Assembly (NCBI RefSeq): GCF_009914755.1 | Contig: NC_060932.1 | Length of the DNA stretch: 64,000 nucleotides | Reading direction: 5' to 3' (one strand) | Origin: the human T2T-CHM13v2.0 reference genome, Homo sapiens | Part shown: in pieces, positions 24,901 through 39,220 of the stretch | How the letters are laid out: each line of letters begins with the position of its first letter | Numbering within the stretch: the first letter of the stretch is position 1 | Notes under the pieces: model-generated | Databases searched by the model: none | Seen by the model: only the letters and a program-made list of their open reading frames with translations | What the model was told of the DNA's origin: nothing | Position numbers and translations under genes: made by a program

Positions 24901-26635
24901 GTTTGGGCATATCTAAGAAGAAAATATATGTATATATTTGATAATTTAAATTGGACTTTATACAAATTTAAAACTTTTGCTCTGTAAAAGACACTATAAG
25001 AGAGTGAAAAGATAAGCTATAGACAGAAATAAAATCTTTTCAAATTTCATATTCTTCAAGGGGTTTGCATTCAAGATATATTTGAAAACTCTTAAAAATC
25101 AATGGCAAAAATACAAAGAACACGATTTAAAAGTGGGCAAAAGTCGAACAGATTGTCGACCAAAGTAGATATGGGGAAGGTAATCAAACAGAACTATGTG
25201 CAACATCATTAGCTTAACTTAGGGAAATGCAACTAAAATGATAATGCCATAGCACTAGAATGATAATTATAAAAAGAAAACAAAACGAAAGACCCTTTCA
25301 CTACCAACTGCTGGTAAGGATGTGGAGCAACTAGACTTCTTATACGTTGATTATAGGGATACAAAATGGCAAAGCTGCTTGAAAAATGGGTTGGCAATTT
25401 CTCAGAAAGGTGAACAAATGCTTATCATATGACCCATACATGCCATTCCTTAGTATTTATGCTAGCAAACTTTAAATTTATGTTCACAAAAAACCATATG
25501 TGAATATTTATAGTAGCTTTGTTCATATTTGTCAAAAATTGACAATCATCAAAATGCCATTCAACAGGTGAATAGAAAAACAAACTGTGGTATCTGACTA
25601 CTTCTTGTCAATTAAAAGGAATGAATTATTGATTTGTGCAACAACTTGGATGAATTTCAAAGGCATTATACAGAATGAAAGAAGTCAACCTCAAAAAGTT
25701 TACCTACCATATCATATAGAATTTCAACAAGGCAGAGTTATGGTGGAACGAAATCAGTGAGTGCCAGGGGTTGGGGTGGGGGAAAAGTGTGACTACAAGG
25801 AGATAGCATGGGAGGTTTTGGGGGAACTGATGGAGCTGTTCCACATCTTGATTCTCATGGTGATTATATAAATCTATGCATGTGATATAATTCATAAAAC
25901 TATGATTTATATGACTATAAATTAATTTTAAAAATAAAACTAGAAGAAAAAAGTCTTCCCAATGCTTGACTATTGCTTTTAGATTATCCTCTAAACTCCA
26001 TAGCAGGCAATGAATGGCTTCCATTCTCTGGCTACACTCATTTTCCCAACGTATTTTTTTGCCCAGCATTGTTGTGAATCTGTTCTCAGTGTCTCACTCA
26101 CTTTAGTTTTTCTCTATTCCCTAAAGATCCGAGTTATAATATACAACCTCACCAATGCTGATTATTTGAGACCAGCAGCATATCTGGAGCTGGTTAACTG
26201 ACAGATGTGATTGGTTGGAACTTTACCTAATTCACCCAAGGCACATTTGGTTTTCAAAGACTTGAAAAGGGATCAATGTTCTCATCTGTGAGGTTTTAAG
26301 ACTTTTGTAGGCGAGGATGAATTTCATTCTACTGACAACCTGAACGTTTTTTCATGATTTCAATACCCCTATAAAAAGATAAAGGCAGCTGGGAATACTT
26401 ACTCTAGAAGAAATATGGTTGAAAGGAGAATATAAACCATTCACATAAATGGTAAATAAGTATTTGTCATCTTAACTAAGGATACAAAAAAAAGGAAGTG
26501 TGCATCAATTATACCATGATGGATTAATTGTGCTGTATGGAAAAATTTCCTATTAAGGAAATTTGTTTACCTTCCTGAAAAGTGTGGCTGAGGTTGGTCA
26601 CAGAGTTGTTCTCTAGATCTCTTTAAGGATAGATT

Positions 26636-27441
26636 CCTTTTTATTTTTTAATTGACAAAATAAATTTTATTTACTTACTGTGTACAACATTGATGTTTTC
26701 AAATATATATACATTATGAAATGACTAAATTTTATCAAATTAACATATGTATTACATTAGATAGTTACCATTTTTGTGGTGAGAACACTTTACATTTACT
26801 CTTTTTTTTTTAAGAATACAATGTATCATTAATGATAGTCACCATGGTACAATAAATATCTGTAATTTATTCCTCCTATCTAACTGAAATTATGTATCCT
26901 TTAACCGACATCTTCCTAACACCTCCAATCAGTTCAATCCACCATTCTGTTCTCTCCTATGAGATCAGCTTTTTTAGATTCTGAGTATGAGTGAGATCAT
27001 GCAATATTTGTCTTTCTGTGCCTGGATTATTTCACTTAATACAATGTCCTCCAGGCTCATCCATCTTAATTGCAAATGAGAGGATTTCCTTCTTTATTAC
27101 AGTTGAATAGTATTTTATTTTGTGTATGTAACACATTTCCTTTATCCATTCATCCACTGATGGACACTGAGGTTAATGTCATATCTTGACTATTGTGAAT
27201 GGTGCTGCAGTAAACACGGTAAACACGGAAGTGTAAAATATCTCTTTGAAATACTTATTTCATATATATGTATGTATATATATGTATACATACATGTACA
27301 TATATATTCATACATATATGTATGTATATACATATGTACATGTATGTATGTATGAATATACATATATGCATGTATACATATATATGTATGAATATATATA
27401 CATGTACATGAATATGAATATATGTACATGCATATGTACAC

Positions 27442-27472
<31 letters not shown>

Positions 27473-27892
27473 GTGGTGGGATTGCTGGATCATATGGTAG
27501 TTCTGTTTTTAATTTTCTGAGAAACCTTCACGCTGTTTTCCATAATGGTTACACTAATTTCCATTCCCACCAGCAATGCACAAGAGTCCCCTTTCCTCCA
27601 CATCCTCACTAGCACTTGTTATGTTTTGTCTTTTTGGTAAAAGCCATTCTAATAGGTGTGAGGTGATATCGCATTGTGACGTTAATTTGCGTTTATCCAA
27701 TGATTAGTGATGTTGAGCATTTTTCATATGCCCGATGGCCACTTGTATGTCTTTTTTTGAGAAGTGTCTATTCAGATATTTTGCCCGTTTTTTAATCGGG
27801 TTGTTTTGTTGCTATTGAGTTGTTTGAGTTCCTTATATATTTTGGATATGAACCCCTTATCAAATGTATATTTTACAAATATGTTTTCCCAT
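26636..27892 (-). mobile_element. 5'-truncated L1MA (L1MA6-9-like)
   Basis: tttaattgacaaaa...catttttgtggtgagaacact...gagatcatgcaatatttgtctttctgtgcctgg; TSD aggatagatt (26626-26635 / 27893-27902). Confidence 0.9.
27262..27472. repeat. (TA/CA/TG)n low-complexity expansion inside L1MA
   Basis: About 210 bp of mostly alternating purine-pyrimidine units. Confidence 0.95.
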
Positions 27893-30344
27893 AGGATAGA
27901 TTTTTAACCGTTTGGGATGGTTTAAGGGAGGCCAAATGGAAAGCCTAAAAAAAGAGCATTCTGTGGCTCCATGGTGGATTCTGGCATACTTTTTTCAGGA
28001 TGCTCTTTTCCAGGTCAATATTTAAAGAACTTGAAGACCGCAAAGCTTCTGCTCTTGAGATGAGAAGGAGCTTCTCCTCCACTAATGATCTGAATTTAAC
28101 ACTGGATCACTTAAAGCCAGGTTCATTTGCAAAATATTTGCTCAGCTTTGATGCTATAAAAGCCTCTCCAAAGCTAAGGAAACCCTGAGAAATGGATTAT
28201 TCATGTGACTCTGCAGAGCTTGGTATCAGGCATTGCTTGTATTTAATCTTTCCCTAAGCATTAACATTCTAAGCTTATGAAAAATTTGTGACGTATGCTA
28301 AATATATTCCATCCAGTTATGATCAGAGTCCAGTCACCTGAGTGTAAGATTTCTGCCCTTTCAGTGAGAATTGAGAGCCCTGGTGAAGGCAGATAGAAAA
28401 GCCCAGAAACACTTGTTGTTTTATTTATTTTTCATTGAGCCTCTGGCTAATTTTTGATAAGGTGTCACAGATTTAATCAGTTTTAGTTTAAATAGAAGAT
28501 TGAGAAATACTATCTTCTTTTCATTACCATTAGAAAGAAACCTTAAAGCTTAATTTTGACTGCATGAAATGATATCTAACAGCAAATATTTGTAATTGGT
28601 GTATTCCAGATACTTGTAGTGTAGGAAATACAATATTGTTTTCTTTAAAAGGAAATTGGGTGTGTATAAAACATCAGAGGAAACAAATTTAAGGCAAGAT
28701 TCTGAATGACAGTTCTGTATTCTACAAACCTTTGCTAATGAAAGGGAAGATGATGATTTTCAATGTAGGTCATGGCCTGAAGTGGAGAATTTCTGAAATT
28801 GTCATTGCAGACCCTCCAATCAGCCTGATCTGTCTCTGCAACACTCCTGATGAGCTCTGAGCCTTCTCAGTGCTATGAGTATTTACATCAGGCAGAGGTG
28901 GGTTGGGATCCAAAGCTTACCCACCCTAATATGAGTAAGATGATTCTATTACATTCATCCTAGAGAGAATATCCTTCATAGAAATAGAGGAAGAAAAAGC
29001 TTGCATTTGGTTAGGAATATAGATTATGAAGAGCCTCCTTATCCTGAAAGCTGAGATAATATCTGTATCATATGTGGTAACAAAAAATAAGGTTATTTGT
29101 ATAAAGAAGTTAGCATATAGGAAGGTATATAGTAAAGTGCTTCATAATGGCAGGAAGGAAAGAAATATTGAAGGAAAAATTTAAAAGACATTGCGTCAGT
29201 TGGTATCTGTTTTTGGCAAGTAAACAAACAAAATATATTTTCTCTTTTCTGCCAGTAGATAGGTTAGGAAGCAGCTGGAAGGTAACATCGTGTCTGACTT
29301 CTAGGATATCACACCTTCAATGAGTTATTGTTTTATTGTTCCTTGGGAGCTTCCACTGAACGTGGTGTTCTGTCACTTCTGAAACTCTGGGGATTTCTTT
29401 TCATGATAGAAAATTGACAACTAGTATTTTTTTAATCATAGAAGGTAAGAATTGTGCTTATTGACCAAACATGTGATCAAAAGTGGTTAGAAAGTCTTTA
29501 GCAGGTGTACCATAAATGCCTGCCACCTTCCCATTTCCACACCTCCACAGACAGCTTCTTGTGAATACCCCCTCCACACATACCCAACCATACATAGTGT
29601 TCTCTCTGCTAAGAAGAAAACTGTATACAGACCACATGACCTCACCTCACTTTCATTCTCCTCCGTACCCAAAGCTGAGACTATGGTGGCCAGTCATTTG
29701 TAAGCTGTCTAGGCACCTTTGACATGGCATTGTTTGAAAAGATAAGAGGTTATCTTTGGGGAATTTGGTATGAAGGAACAAAGCAATGAGCAGTGAAGAT
29801 GAAAGTTTATGTGACAGAGGCTGAGATAGCCATCATGGGGAATGATTTAAGCTGAAATTGTGGGAAAGTAGAAAGTATGACTATGAATAAGTGTAATGTA
29901 TAACATAAAGACAGATGATTTATAACACAGAGAAAATATTACAGATCAGAAAATGAAAAAGCCAAAGGGGAGAGATAAGAGAGTGGAATCGATTTCTGCG
30001 TAGGTAGAGAGTTTAATATAAAGTAGAATATGGAATCCTTCCATGTTCTCCCTCATAAAATTCACAGAAACCTCATGACTTACCAAAGATGCCAAGAGGA
30101 GCAGGAGATGCTCTTGTGTTTCACCCAAATATTTGTTTCTCATTTTTTTTAATGAATGTGTGTATTTTCTAGAATGAATATAAAGGAATGCCTCATTCGT
30201 TTATGTATTTAAAATACGTCTTGACTACCAATAATGTATAACAACCTCTGCTAGACTCAATGCTAGGTCCAGTGCATGCACTTGGAATCCAGGGACCCAA
30301 CTTGGAAGGGCTCACAGTCTTATGTTAGGAGACAGATAAGGAAG

Positions 30345-30453
30345 CATATTTATGGGGCACATGTGAGATTTTGTTACATGCATAGAATGTGTAGTGATTA
30401 AGTCAGGGTATTTGAGATGTCCACTACTTTGACTATCTGTCATTTCTATGTGT
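30345..30453 (-). mobile_element. L1MA 3'-end fragment
   Basis: catatttatggggcacatgtgagattttgttacatgcatagaatgtgtagtgattaagtcagggtattt. Confidence 0.75.
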
Positions 30454-30685
30454 TACATGCTGTGATACTGATAAAGACAGGGTATGTAAATGTGGGAGCT
30501 CAAAGGAGGGACATCTAACTCCAACAGTTTGCCAGTTGTGGGGAAGAAAGGGTAAGGAAGTTTCCTCAAATAATTACATCTGAGCAGAATTATGGCATGC
30601 CAGCAACCTCAGCCAGGTGAAGGGCAAAGAGAAACATTTGCATGAGAGCCTCCAGGGAGGTAGAGAATGCAGTGTTCAGGAACTA

Positions 30686-30707
30686 CAACAACAACAACAA
30701 CAACAAA
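30686..30707. repeat. (CAA)n microsatellite
   Basis: acaacaacaacaacaacaacaa. Confidence 0.9.
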
Positions 30708-31182
30708 TCAAGTATTCCTGGGCCACAAGATGTGAGAGGGGGAATGATGGGAGATTTGCTGGAGGGCAGGGGGATTCAAATAAAAGACCAGCACACATGA
30801 GCTGGTTTGTGACCTACTACATAGTTTTGACTTGATCCTTACAACATAGTATTTTAAGTTAAAGAGAGAGAAGTTCATATTTGCAGCGGGGAGGTGGATA
30901 AGTGGTTGTTGAGACATTAAAATAGTAGAGTTTACTGGACTTGGAAGACTTAGCACTGGACTTGGTAACTTAGTACCTTGATTTCTGGCATCTCAGTGAG
31001 TTGAGGCCACATGACAAGTAGGAGGAAGAGCAGTTATTATCAAGAGAATGCAAATGACTGAAATGTTGAGTTGGGGTTTCTATGGGATATACTGGTAGAT
31101 AGCAGAGTCAGTAGTAAGATACAAATAGGTCTGAGACACAGGAGAGAATCCCAAAAGGGATATTAAGCTTCCATCTCTGTAA

Positions 31183-31518
<336 letters not shown>

Positions 31519-32221
31519 TACGTTTTCAAATCTAAAAAAATAGTTTAGGACGTATTCACCTTAGAGATTTAAGAGTTTATATTTTAGCAAGCTGTAAAGT
31601 CCAGAAATCAAATTTTGAGTGGGCAAACAAAATCAAAGCAAGTTTCATCTCATTTAGAAATGTGGAAGAATGAGAACCCTTAGTTTACCTTGCTTTTGTG
31701 CATGCAGAGTGCTAGCTGTAATGGGTTAGCACAAAAAGACAAAATCCTAAATCACAGTCACTTTGCCATAATTTTTAATAGTTATGTTCTCTCATAGTTC
31801 TATGGATGACATGCTCATTATAGACAGTCTGAAACTGAGGAGAACCAGGGTTCTTCCTACATGTTTATGTTGAATGTGGAGAAGGTGAGGTTACTGCTTC
31901 TGCTGCCCTTTTCAGCTCAACATTTGATCTGGCCAATGTGGTTAGCTATACTGTGTCTCCTACCACCACACATACTCAGAAAACTGTGGTAGTAAACATA
32001 GAATGAACTTCCTTAAAAGTAGAAAACCATTCATTGGCTAAGGTACATAAGAATAAGAATGAATGATGAAAACATTGGTAGAAATGCTGATGGAAGAACT
32101 GATTGATGCAGATCTATTTTGGAGACCCCTTAACTGCCAGGGGACATGAATTGCCTGGCTGGTTGAATTGACTCTAGAAATGATGCTCTGTGGCCGCTAA
32201 GTCTCCATATTTGACCAAAAG

Positions 32222-32340
32222 GTGTGTGAGGGCTGTGTCCATTTCATCACTTGCCATGAGTCCTCAGGGCTAGTCAGAATACCAGGCCGATACACGCTTC
32301 ACAAGCATGTATTGAATGAGTGAATGAGAAAATGAATACA
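32222..32340 (+). mobile_element. L2 3'-end fragment
   Basis: Ends ...aagcatgtattgaatgagtgaatgag, an L2 (TGAA)n-like tail. Confidence 0.45.
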
Positions 32341-33787
32341 ATAATATTTTCACTAGTAGCCATGGATTGAGGATAAAATTAATAAGAAGAGCCCCCAGGA
32401 AGTCCGGATTGAGCTTTATGCTCTGGGACACTCTTCTGCTCAGCTTTGTGGAATAATTTGCAGCACTAGAAATGGACTTAACAACCAGGATGAGGGGGTC
32501 ATGTTTTGGGGATCAAACCTCTTTTCATCATGAAAGCTACTGGGTGGCCTCTGACATGATGTGTTTAGTTATCAAACATGTCAGCTAATACCATGGAGAG
32601 AACACATGTATTAAAAGTGACAGACATAACAAGGGTCAAAGATTAAAGGTGAATTGCAAAGGGCTTTTTACTGCATCTCTGTTGTTATAACAGTTTCTAG
32701 AGTAGGTTGAATACATGAGCAAAAAGAATGATGAGGAGTCATGGTGAGCAGAAGCTCTCTTCTCAGGCAAAGCAGGAATTTTTTTCCCCACATTGAGCTA
32801 AATATTCTTTAAATGCTATAAATGTTACTACATATCTGTGCTGTTTGTGGGACAGCACAAACATATTTGAAACATTCAGCAGTTCTTTCTCATTAACTTC
32901 CATTTTTCTAATTTTCATTGGTTATATTTTCCTGATTACAGAAGTAGTATTGGCTCATTATCAAAAATAAATGAATGAAAAAATATAGACAGTTAAAATG
33001 TGATATAATGTAATGGCCTAAATATGACATTGTTAACTGTACATTCCTGCAGTTACAATTGAAGATGGCATTTTATCCCTTAATCAGAAACAAAGAACTG
33101 TTAGAAAACTTCCTTTTTGCCCACCACTGCATTGTATACTGTGGTATATATGGAAATTCCCAATACAGACATGGAAATGATAAATAAACACAAGGGGAAC
33201 TCTCACGGCATAACTCTGTGTCTAGCAGGCTAAGATAATACCATGTTGTGCAGTGGTGGTAATTAGAGCACATCACGTGACTCTGAGTTTTTGAGGGCAG
33301 TGGTCAATATCTTTATCTTTGTATCCCCAAGGGTGTTGGCTAAAATGTTCAGTTAGCACTTTGAATGAGGGAATGCTTATTGAGTAAAAAGTCAATTACA
33401 TGTGACAATAAATGCAGTAAGAATTAGTCAAGAGAAAGACAAGTGTGGCCTGCAGTCACCAACAGAAGCTTTAAGCTCCAAGGATACCCAAATGCGTATG
33501 TTAATCATGTGTTATTGTTAAAGCATTTAGATGATGATGTTTGGAAGTTGTGTGCAAAACCAGGAAAAATTTGACCAAGTTTTGGAAGTTCCTTTCTGTT
33601 TGATTTATCTGCTGTTATGGTGTTAGGGCTATTGCTGTTTTATAGATCAGTTCTACACTGTAGTAATTAACTGGGTAATGAAGACAAAAAGTATTTAGAA
33701 ACACTCTGACATATCAAGAAATTAGTGTCACCAACCCAGAGGCTTCTCTGTCTCTTCAGCATAATCTTCCATCTCAGGTATACCTAA

Positions 33788-34158
<371 letters not shown>

Positions 34159-36887
34159 TGAATGTTGTTATACTTCCTCAAACATTTGAGGATAAAGACA
34201 TAATATGTGATAGTTTTAGGTGACTTTTTGTGTGTAACATTTGAGCTCTGAGGATAATAATATATCTTTCTATATAACACATTTCAATATCTATTTAATG
34301 TGCCAGTTGCAAGAATTTTCTGATTGACATTGATCATTTTCATTCAGAATTAAGTCATTTCCTTCTGGGAATTAATATAATAGATTTATTATATGCTTAT
34401 GGGCCTTGTCTAAGCTCTCTTCTCCACACTGTTTCTTCAAATGTAATTCCATTGAAAATCTAGCTGCTGTTTTAGAGATTACAGTAAGGCAAAGCATTTC
34501 TCAGAAGACAAATATAGAACCTAAAGTTACTATAATGACATTTGGCAAATTATATAATCTGAGTTCATTTTTTTTCTCTTCTCTCCCTCCTCCCTTGTCA
34601 CAAAGCCTATAGGAAGGTATACTACATATTTTGACACTTTTTTTTTTTTTTGCTTTCAATAGCTGTGTTCTTACTCACCACTTTAAAATAACGTCTTTCT
34701 TATATCTTTTAACTCAGAGGTATACTCAGAGACTGGAAGACTTGAACGGGGACTGGCTACCCAGATAGAGCCCCCTTGGTGGTGTTTTCCTTGGTGATAT
34801 GATACTGGGCCGTATTCCCTCAGGATTGCAGGGTGAGAACTGTGTCTTTGCTAGCAGACTAGGTAGGAGAGGATCCATTCCTCAGAATCAGGTTCATGTT
34901 AACATAGTTCACATATTGTATTAAATACAAACCAGAATGCCAAGTTTTTTATTTACAATGAGCAATATAGCTGTTAAATAGGCTATGGCACTCAAGTCAA
35001 CAACAATTCACAGACTCCTCTCCCCATAGAGAAGCAACATGGGGATCCAAATTGTAATCAGAATGCCAAGTTATCAATTTATAATGAGAAATGCATCTGT
35101 CTGACGAGAATGTTGAGTTGGCCTGATAAATTCATTGTCTCCCTGTAGATTAGTGACAGGGGATGCCAAATTTTCGGAAAGTTGCGAGAGAATATGGCTT
35201 TAAAACAATGGGAAGGAGTTGATCTTAATTTCTGTCTTCCAATTAAGATGGTTTTAACATTCCCACCTCTACCTGGCTGGCCTTGCCGAGAAAACAATAC
35301 TGCTTTAGTCAAACAATACTGCTTTAGTCGCTGTGACCAGTGTGGGCAATAAAATGTTTATTTTCTGCCTTTCCTTTTTCTTTGCTTTTCTCAACCAACT
35401 ACCTCTCTCCAAAAATGTGTATGACATAATTGATTGGGCTTTTGTCTGTCATAGTATTGATTCATCGAGCCTCAATCATATTTCAGCCTTCCAGCCCTAG
35501 AATTACTCCCATATTATTTTTTACTGGTGTCTGGGCTATGTTCATATGTGCCAATCAAACATGTATAGTTTACTGACCTAACCTCACATTTGTTTAATCA
35601 TATCCTTTATTTTTAAATTCTGTAAATCAACTCACTGCAGTCCTTGGCACTGAAAATACCTCTATTTCTTCACTACATTTCCTGAAGTGGCAAAAATGCC
35701 AAGATTATATGAGACCCAGGGGGAAATATAGTGTTCTCTGCCCCTAGTGTTTAATGCAAATTGAAACTAAAATAAGGCTTGCTTTGAAAAAGTACAAAAA
35801 TAAATTTTAAAAAATGCTAAAAGCTGGATTCTTCTCTTTTGGAGATGGCAAAGAGATAGTAAAGTTGATAAAGAGATGATTTGGGAAATGCAGGTACTTT
35901 TTAGCATTAGTGAGTAGACTCATTTCTAACATCTCCTGGAAGTATTTGTGAATTGGCTCCAGAATCTTTTGCTATCACCTAGCCTACAATTAACTAGGGA
36001 TATGCAATCACCAAATACAGTTTCTGGGACACCTTCAAAGATGTCAGCTTCTTCACCATAAAGATGGCAAAAAGTAGAATAATTACATTCTATCTTTGAC
36101 CTTTGATGAGAAATGATCAGTTTCTTTTTCTAATCCAATATGGCAAGCACTTCTAATTCGTGTGAATAGATCTCTTTATAGACATAGTGTGTTTATATTT
36201 AAATACTAAGATAATCTGGAATTCTGAAGCTACAACTGTATAATGACATTATACTTGGTCAGCTATTGCTTTTCTTTTCCCATTTATTTATTTTGCATTG
36301 AGTCCTACACTGGTGAAAGGCCTGGTGCGTTGCATTGAGTTCTGCATGTTTGAACTTCACAAAGGTTCAAAGGTGTGCACATGGCCTGGAACGATAAACA
36401 TTTGTCCTAAAGTCATTCTTCAGCTTCTGACATAGCTTGTGATTTAATTGCCACCTCATTAATATGGGCCACTGGGTGTGAATTTGTCAAAACAAGATAC
36501 ATCAGGAGAGCTGAGTGAAATGTTTCATGTTCAGAGGTTTTTACCACTCCTGTTCCCCACTGCCCATGTTTTGTAAACTTTTAACTTCAAGAGACTGGTT
36601 TAATAAACATGCCCTGTCTTCTAGGTCATTGGGTTAAGGATCATTTCAGTCTTTTTGAACTTTTCACTTTTCCTGTGTAAGTATAAGCTAAGTACTTATT
36701 GGGTTCTAAAGCTAAAAGCCTATGAAGATAAAGGGCCTTATTGAAATAGTGAAGTGAGCAAAATATCTTTATGGTTCCTGACCTTGTCCTCCTGGGCTTT
36801 GTCCTTCTTTTAATGAATGACACCTTACCCTCAGGTTCCCAGTATTTACACCTTTGTAGTGTTTTTGCAATTCAGAAAAATGTATTT

Positions 36888-37115
36888 GATAGATGAGTAG
36901 GGTGACTGTCGTTTACAATAATCTATTTTCTATCTCAAAATAGCTAAAAGAGAATAGTTTGAATGTTTCTAGCATTAACAAAAGACAAACATTTAAGGTG
37001 ATACATATTCCAATTATACCGATTGATCTTTACAAGTTATACAAATGTATTAATTCACCACGTGTAGCCCAAAAATATGTACAACTATTAAGTATCAATT
37101 TAAATTTTTTTAAAA
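36888..37115 (+). mobile_element. L1MA 3'-end fragment
   Basis: gtagggtgactgtcgtttacaataatcta...tcaaaatagctaaaagagaatagtttgaatgtttc...aaatatgtacaactatt. Confidence 0.8.
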
Positions 37116-37539
37116 GGACACAGTGAAGGACCATACTTAAACTTGATTATTTAATTGCTAATCATGAAATTTTATAGGGAAAGAAGAAGAAAATCTTCAA
37201 TAACTCAAACTCATAAGTAAAGGGACATACATGGCTGTATATAAAGGCTATTTATAAAGCCCTCTATATAAAAGTTATACATAGCCTATAAAATAAATAA
37301 GGATCTGACTTTATATTGGTACCTGGCACAACACATGCATTGCACACAGGAACCACTCCATAATTACAATTAAAATTATTATACACACAAATACGTATTT
37401 ACTTCTTATCAAGGTATCACATGTTAATGCTCACATGAAGCAGTATCAAAATACCGCCAATGAGTTGTAGAAGTCTCTTGCTCTATTTTCCTCAGTGGCA
37501 TTCTCACTCCCTAGTGAAGTGTTTTTAATTATTTTTATT

Positions 37540-39220
37540 TTTTTATTTTTTTACTGGCTATTTTAGACTTTCTGGTAGAGCACTCAATAATTTCTGGATC
37601 TGTCAGAGTTAGGCAATCCACTCTGCAATTGGCAAGATGGGGATTTTGCTCATTTATACTTGACTCTCCTTCTTCTATTAATCTTCTCCTTCTATTTATA
37701 TAACTGTAACATAGCTGCAAGCTTTAAGTAAAACACGTAAAGTCATTTTCTTGTTCTGATGACTTGCAATATTTTCTCTTTATTCCCCACGAGATGAAAT
37801 GAGGATCTTGGTCCCATACGCTTTCCCCAACTTCTTCTCACTCATTTCAGGCCCTACTTCTGTCAATCACTCTTTCTGTGTTTAGATTGTTGATATTTGC
37901 ACGTTCTGCTAAAAATACAATCATCTTTGCCCAAAGGTTAACTTTAAAAGTAGAACAATAAACAGTATTAACATTATTATGGCCACATAAAAATCATTTA
38001 ATGTTAGGTAAAAAGTATGTTAGGATTACATTTTTTTAAGAGACCAATGTCATGACCTCTAACTCACTGAAAAGAAAAGATTCCTAGCATTTGAGTTCAA
38101 ATAAATGTTTTTTTCCTTATATTTAGTCAATTGCTTAAAATTAAGCTGCATTTCTTTTATGTATTCTATTTTCCTGCATCATATCTTCATATATATTTTT
38201 TTACTCTCTATCATATTATCTAGTCTATTTGGTCTGCTTTCCCCCACTCCAAATATATCCCCCTTCTAGAGTCGTCTTTCTCCCTACTCCACACTGGACT
38301 TACAACTCCTAGACATCGTGCTGCATCGCTAGTGTCCTAAGTTTGGTGTTATTGGTGCTATCAATCTTCTTGGTTAGATCTGATATTTTGGTAGCTTCCT
38401 ATTTTTTGAATTATCCTCTTGTTTTATTATAATACATCCTAAAGTAACTTCCTAAGAGAAAGCACACAGGAGGTAAATGTTCTGTTTCTTGCATACTCTC
38501 ATATTTGTGTGACCCTTTGGCCGACGATAGAATTCTAGGTTGAAAAGAGTTTTCCTTTCGAAATTTGAAAGCTCTGCTCCATTGTTGTTGATGAGAAGTC
38601 AAGTACTAGTTTTATTCCTCCTGTTTCCCTTTAAAAACTTTTAGGAGCATCTCATTATTTTAGGTATTTACATGTTTTCGATGACATACTTGAGAATCCT
38701 TTTTGCACTTATTACAATATACACTCAAGGAAACTTCTTGGTTTATAGATTAATGTCTTCCATTGAGCTATGGGAAACTTTATTTCTATCTTTTCTTTAA
38801 TATGTTCTCGCCTCCATTTTCTCTCTTCTCTTTCTCTGACTTTTAATATCTGGATGTTAGATCTTCCAGACTTATCCTTTCTCATGACTTCTGTCTTTAT
38901 ACTTTAGTCAAATTAGTGAGAGTCCCTTTACTGTGTTTACTCCCTCTACTTTTCTATTTTGTTTATTCCAACAACTGTGTTTTTAGTTTCTAAGTAGTCT
39001 TTCTTGCTCTCTATTTTAATTGTCCTTACCTTCTGTTTTTATTTTTTGGTTATAATAGTTTCTCCAATTTGTGTAAGTTTATTAGAGTATCTTTTGTCTT
39101 TGTTCATTTATTTCTTACACTATTCCTGTTTTCATCTTGCCTGTCTTAGTCTTTATCCATAATATTGCCAGATCTCCTAATATATTTATTATTCTTGCTG
39201 GTCTATTTGTATTTAAGGGA
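37540..39220 (-). mobile_element. Ancient L1M/HAL1-type fragment
   Basis: ORF 38411-38602(-) QQWSRAFKFRKENSFQPRILSSAK resembles the L1 ORF1 C-terminal motif (FQPRILYPAK); T-rich flanks. Confidence 0.6.

Larger units (their letters stand above)
20310..25940 (+). mobile_element. Old near full-length L1M (L1MC/L1MD-like) with internal RT deletion
   Basis: 5'-end-like sequence from ~20310; ORF1 relics 21.5-22.5 kb; ORF2 start atggtagacttaaatccaagc...aatgtaaatggtctaa at ~22933; EN fragments in the ORF track (23543); jump at ~24170; L1M 3' UTR and A-rich end at ~25940. Confidence 0.85.
30190..31170 (-). mobile_element. Degraded L2, interrupted by an L1MA fragment
   Basis: gggctcacagtcttatgttaggagacagataag...tgtgggagctcaaaggagggacatctaactc...ggaagtttcctc; purine-rich antisense L2 pattern. 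Confidence 0.55.

Noticed and set aside
30617-30835. PolyQ-containing 72-aa ORF
   Set aside because: A (CAA)n microsatellite inside a degraded L2; GTG start and no exon signals.
30934-30974. Short tandem duplication actggacttgg..acttag, considered as CRISPR-like or regulatory repeats
   Set aside because: Only two adjacent units with no spacers, within L2-derived mammalian DNA.
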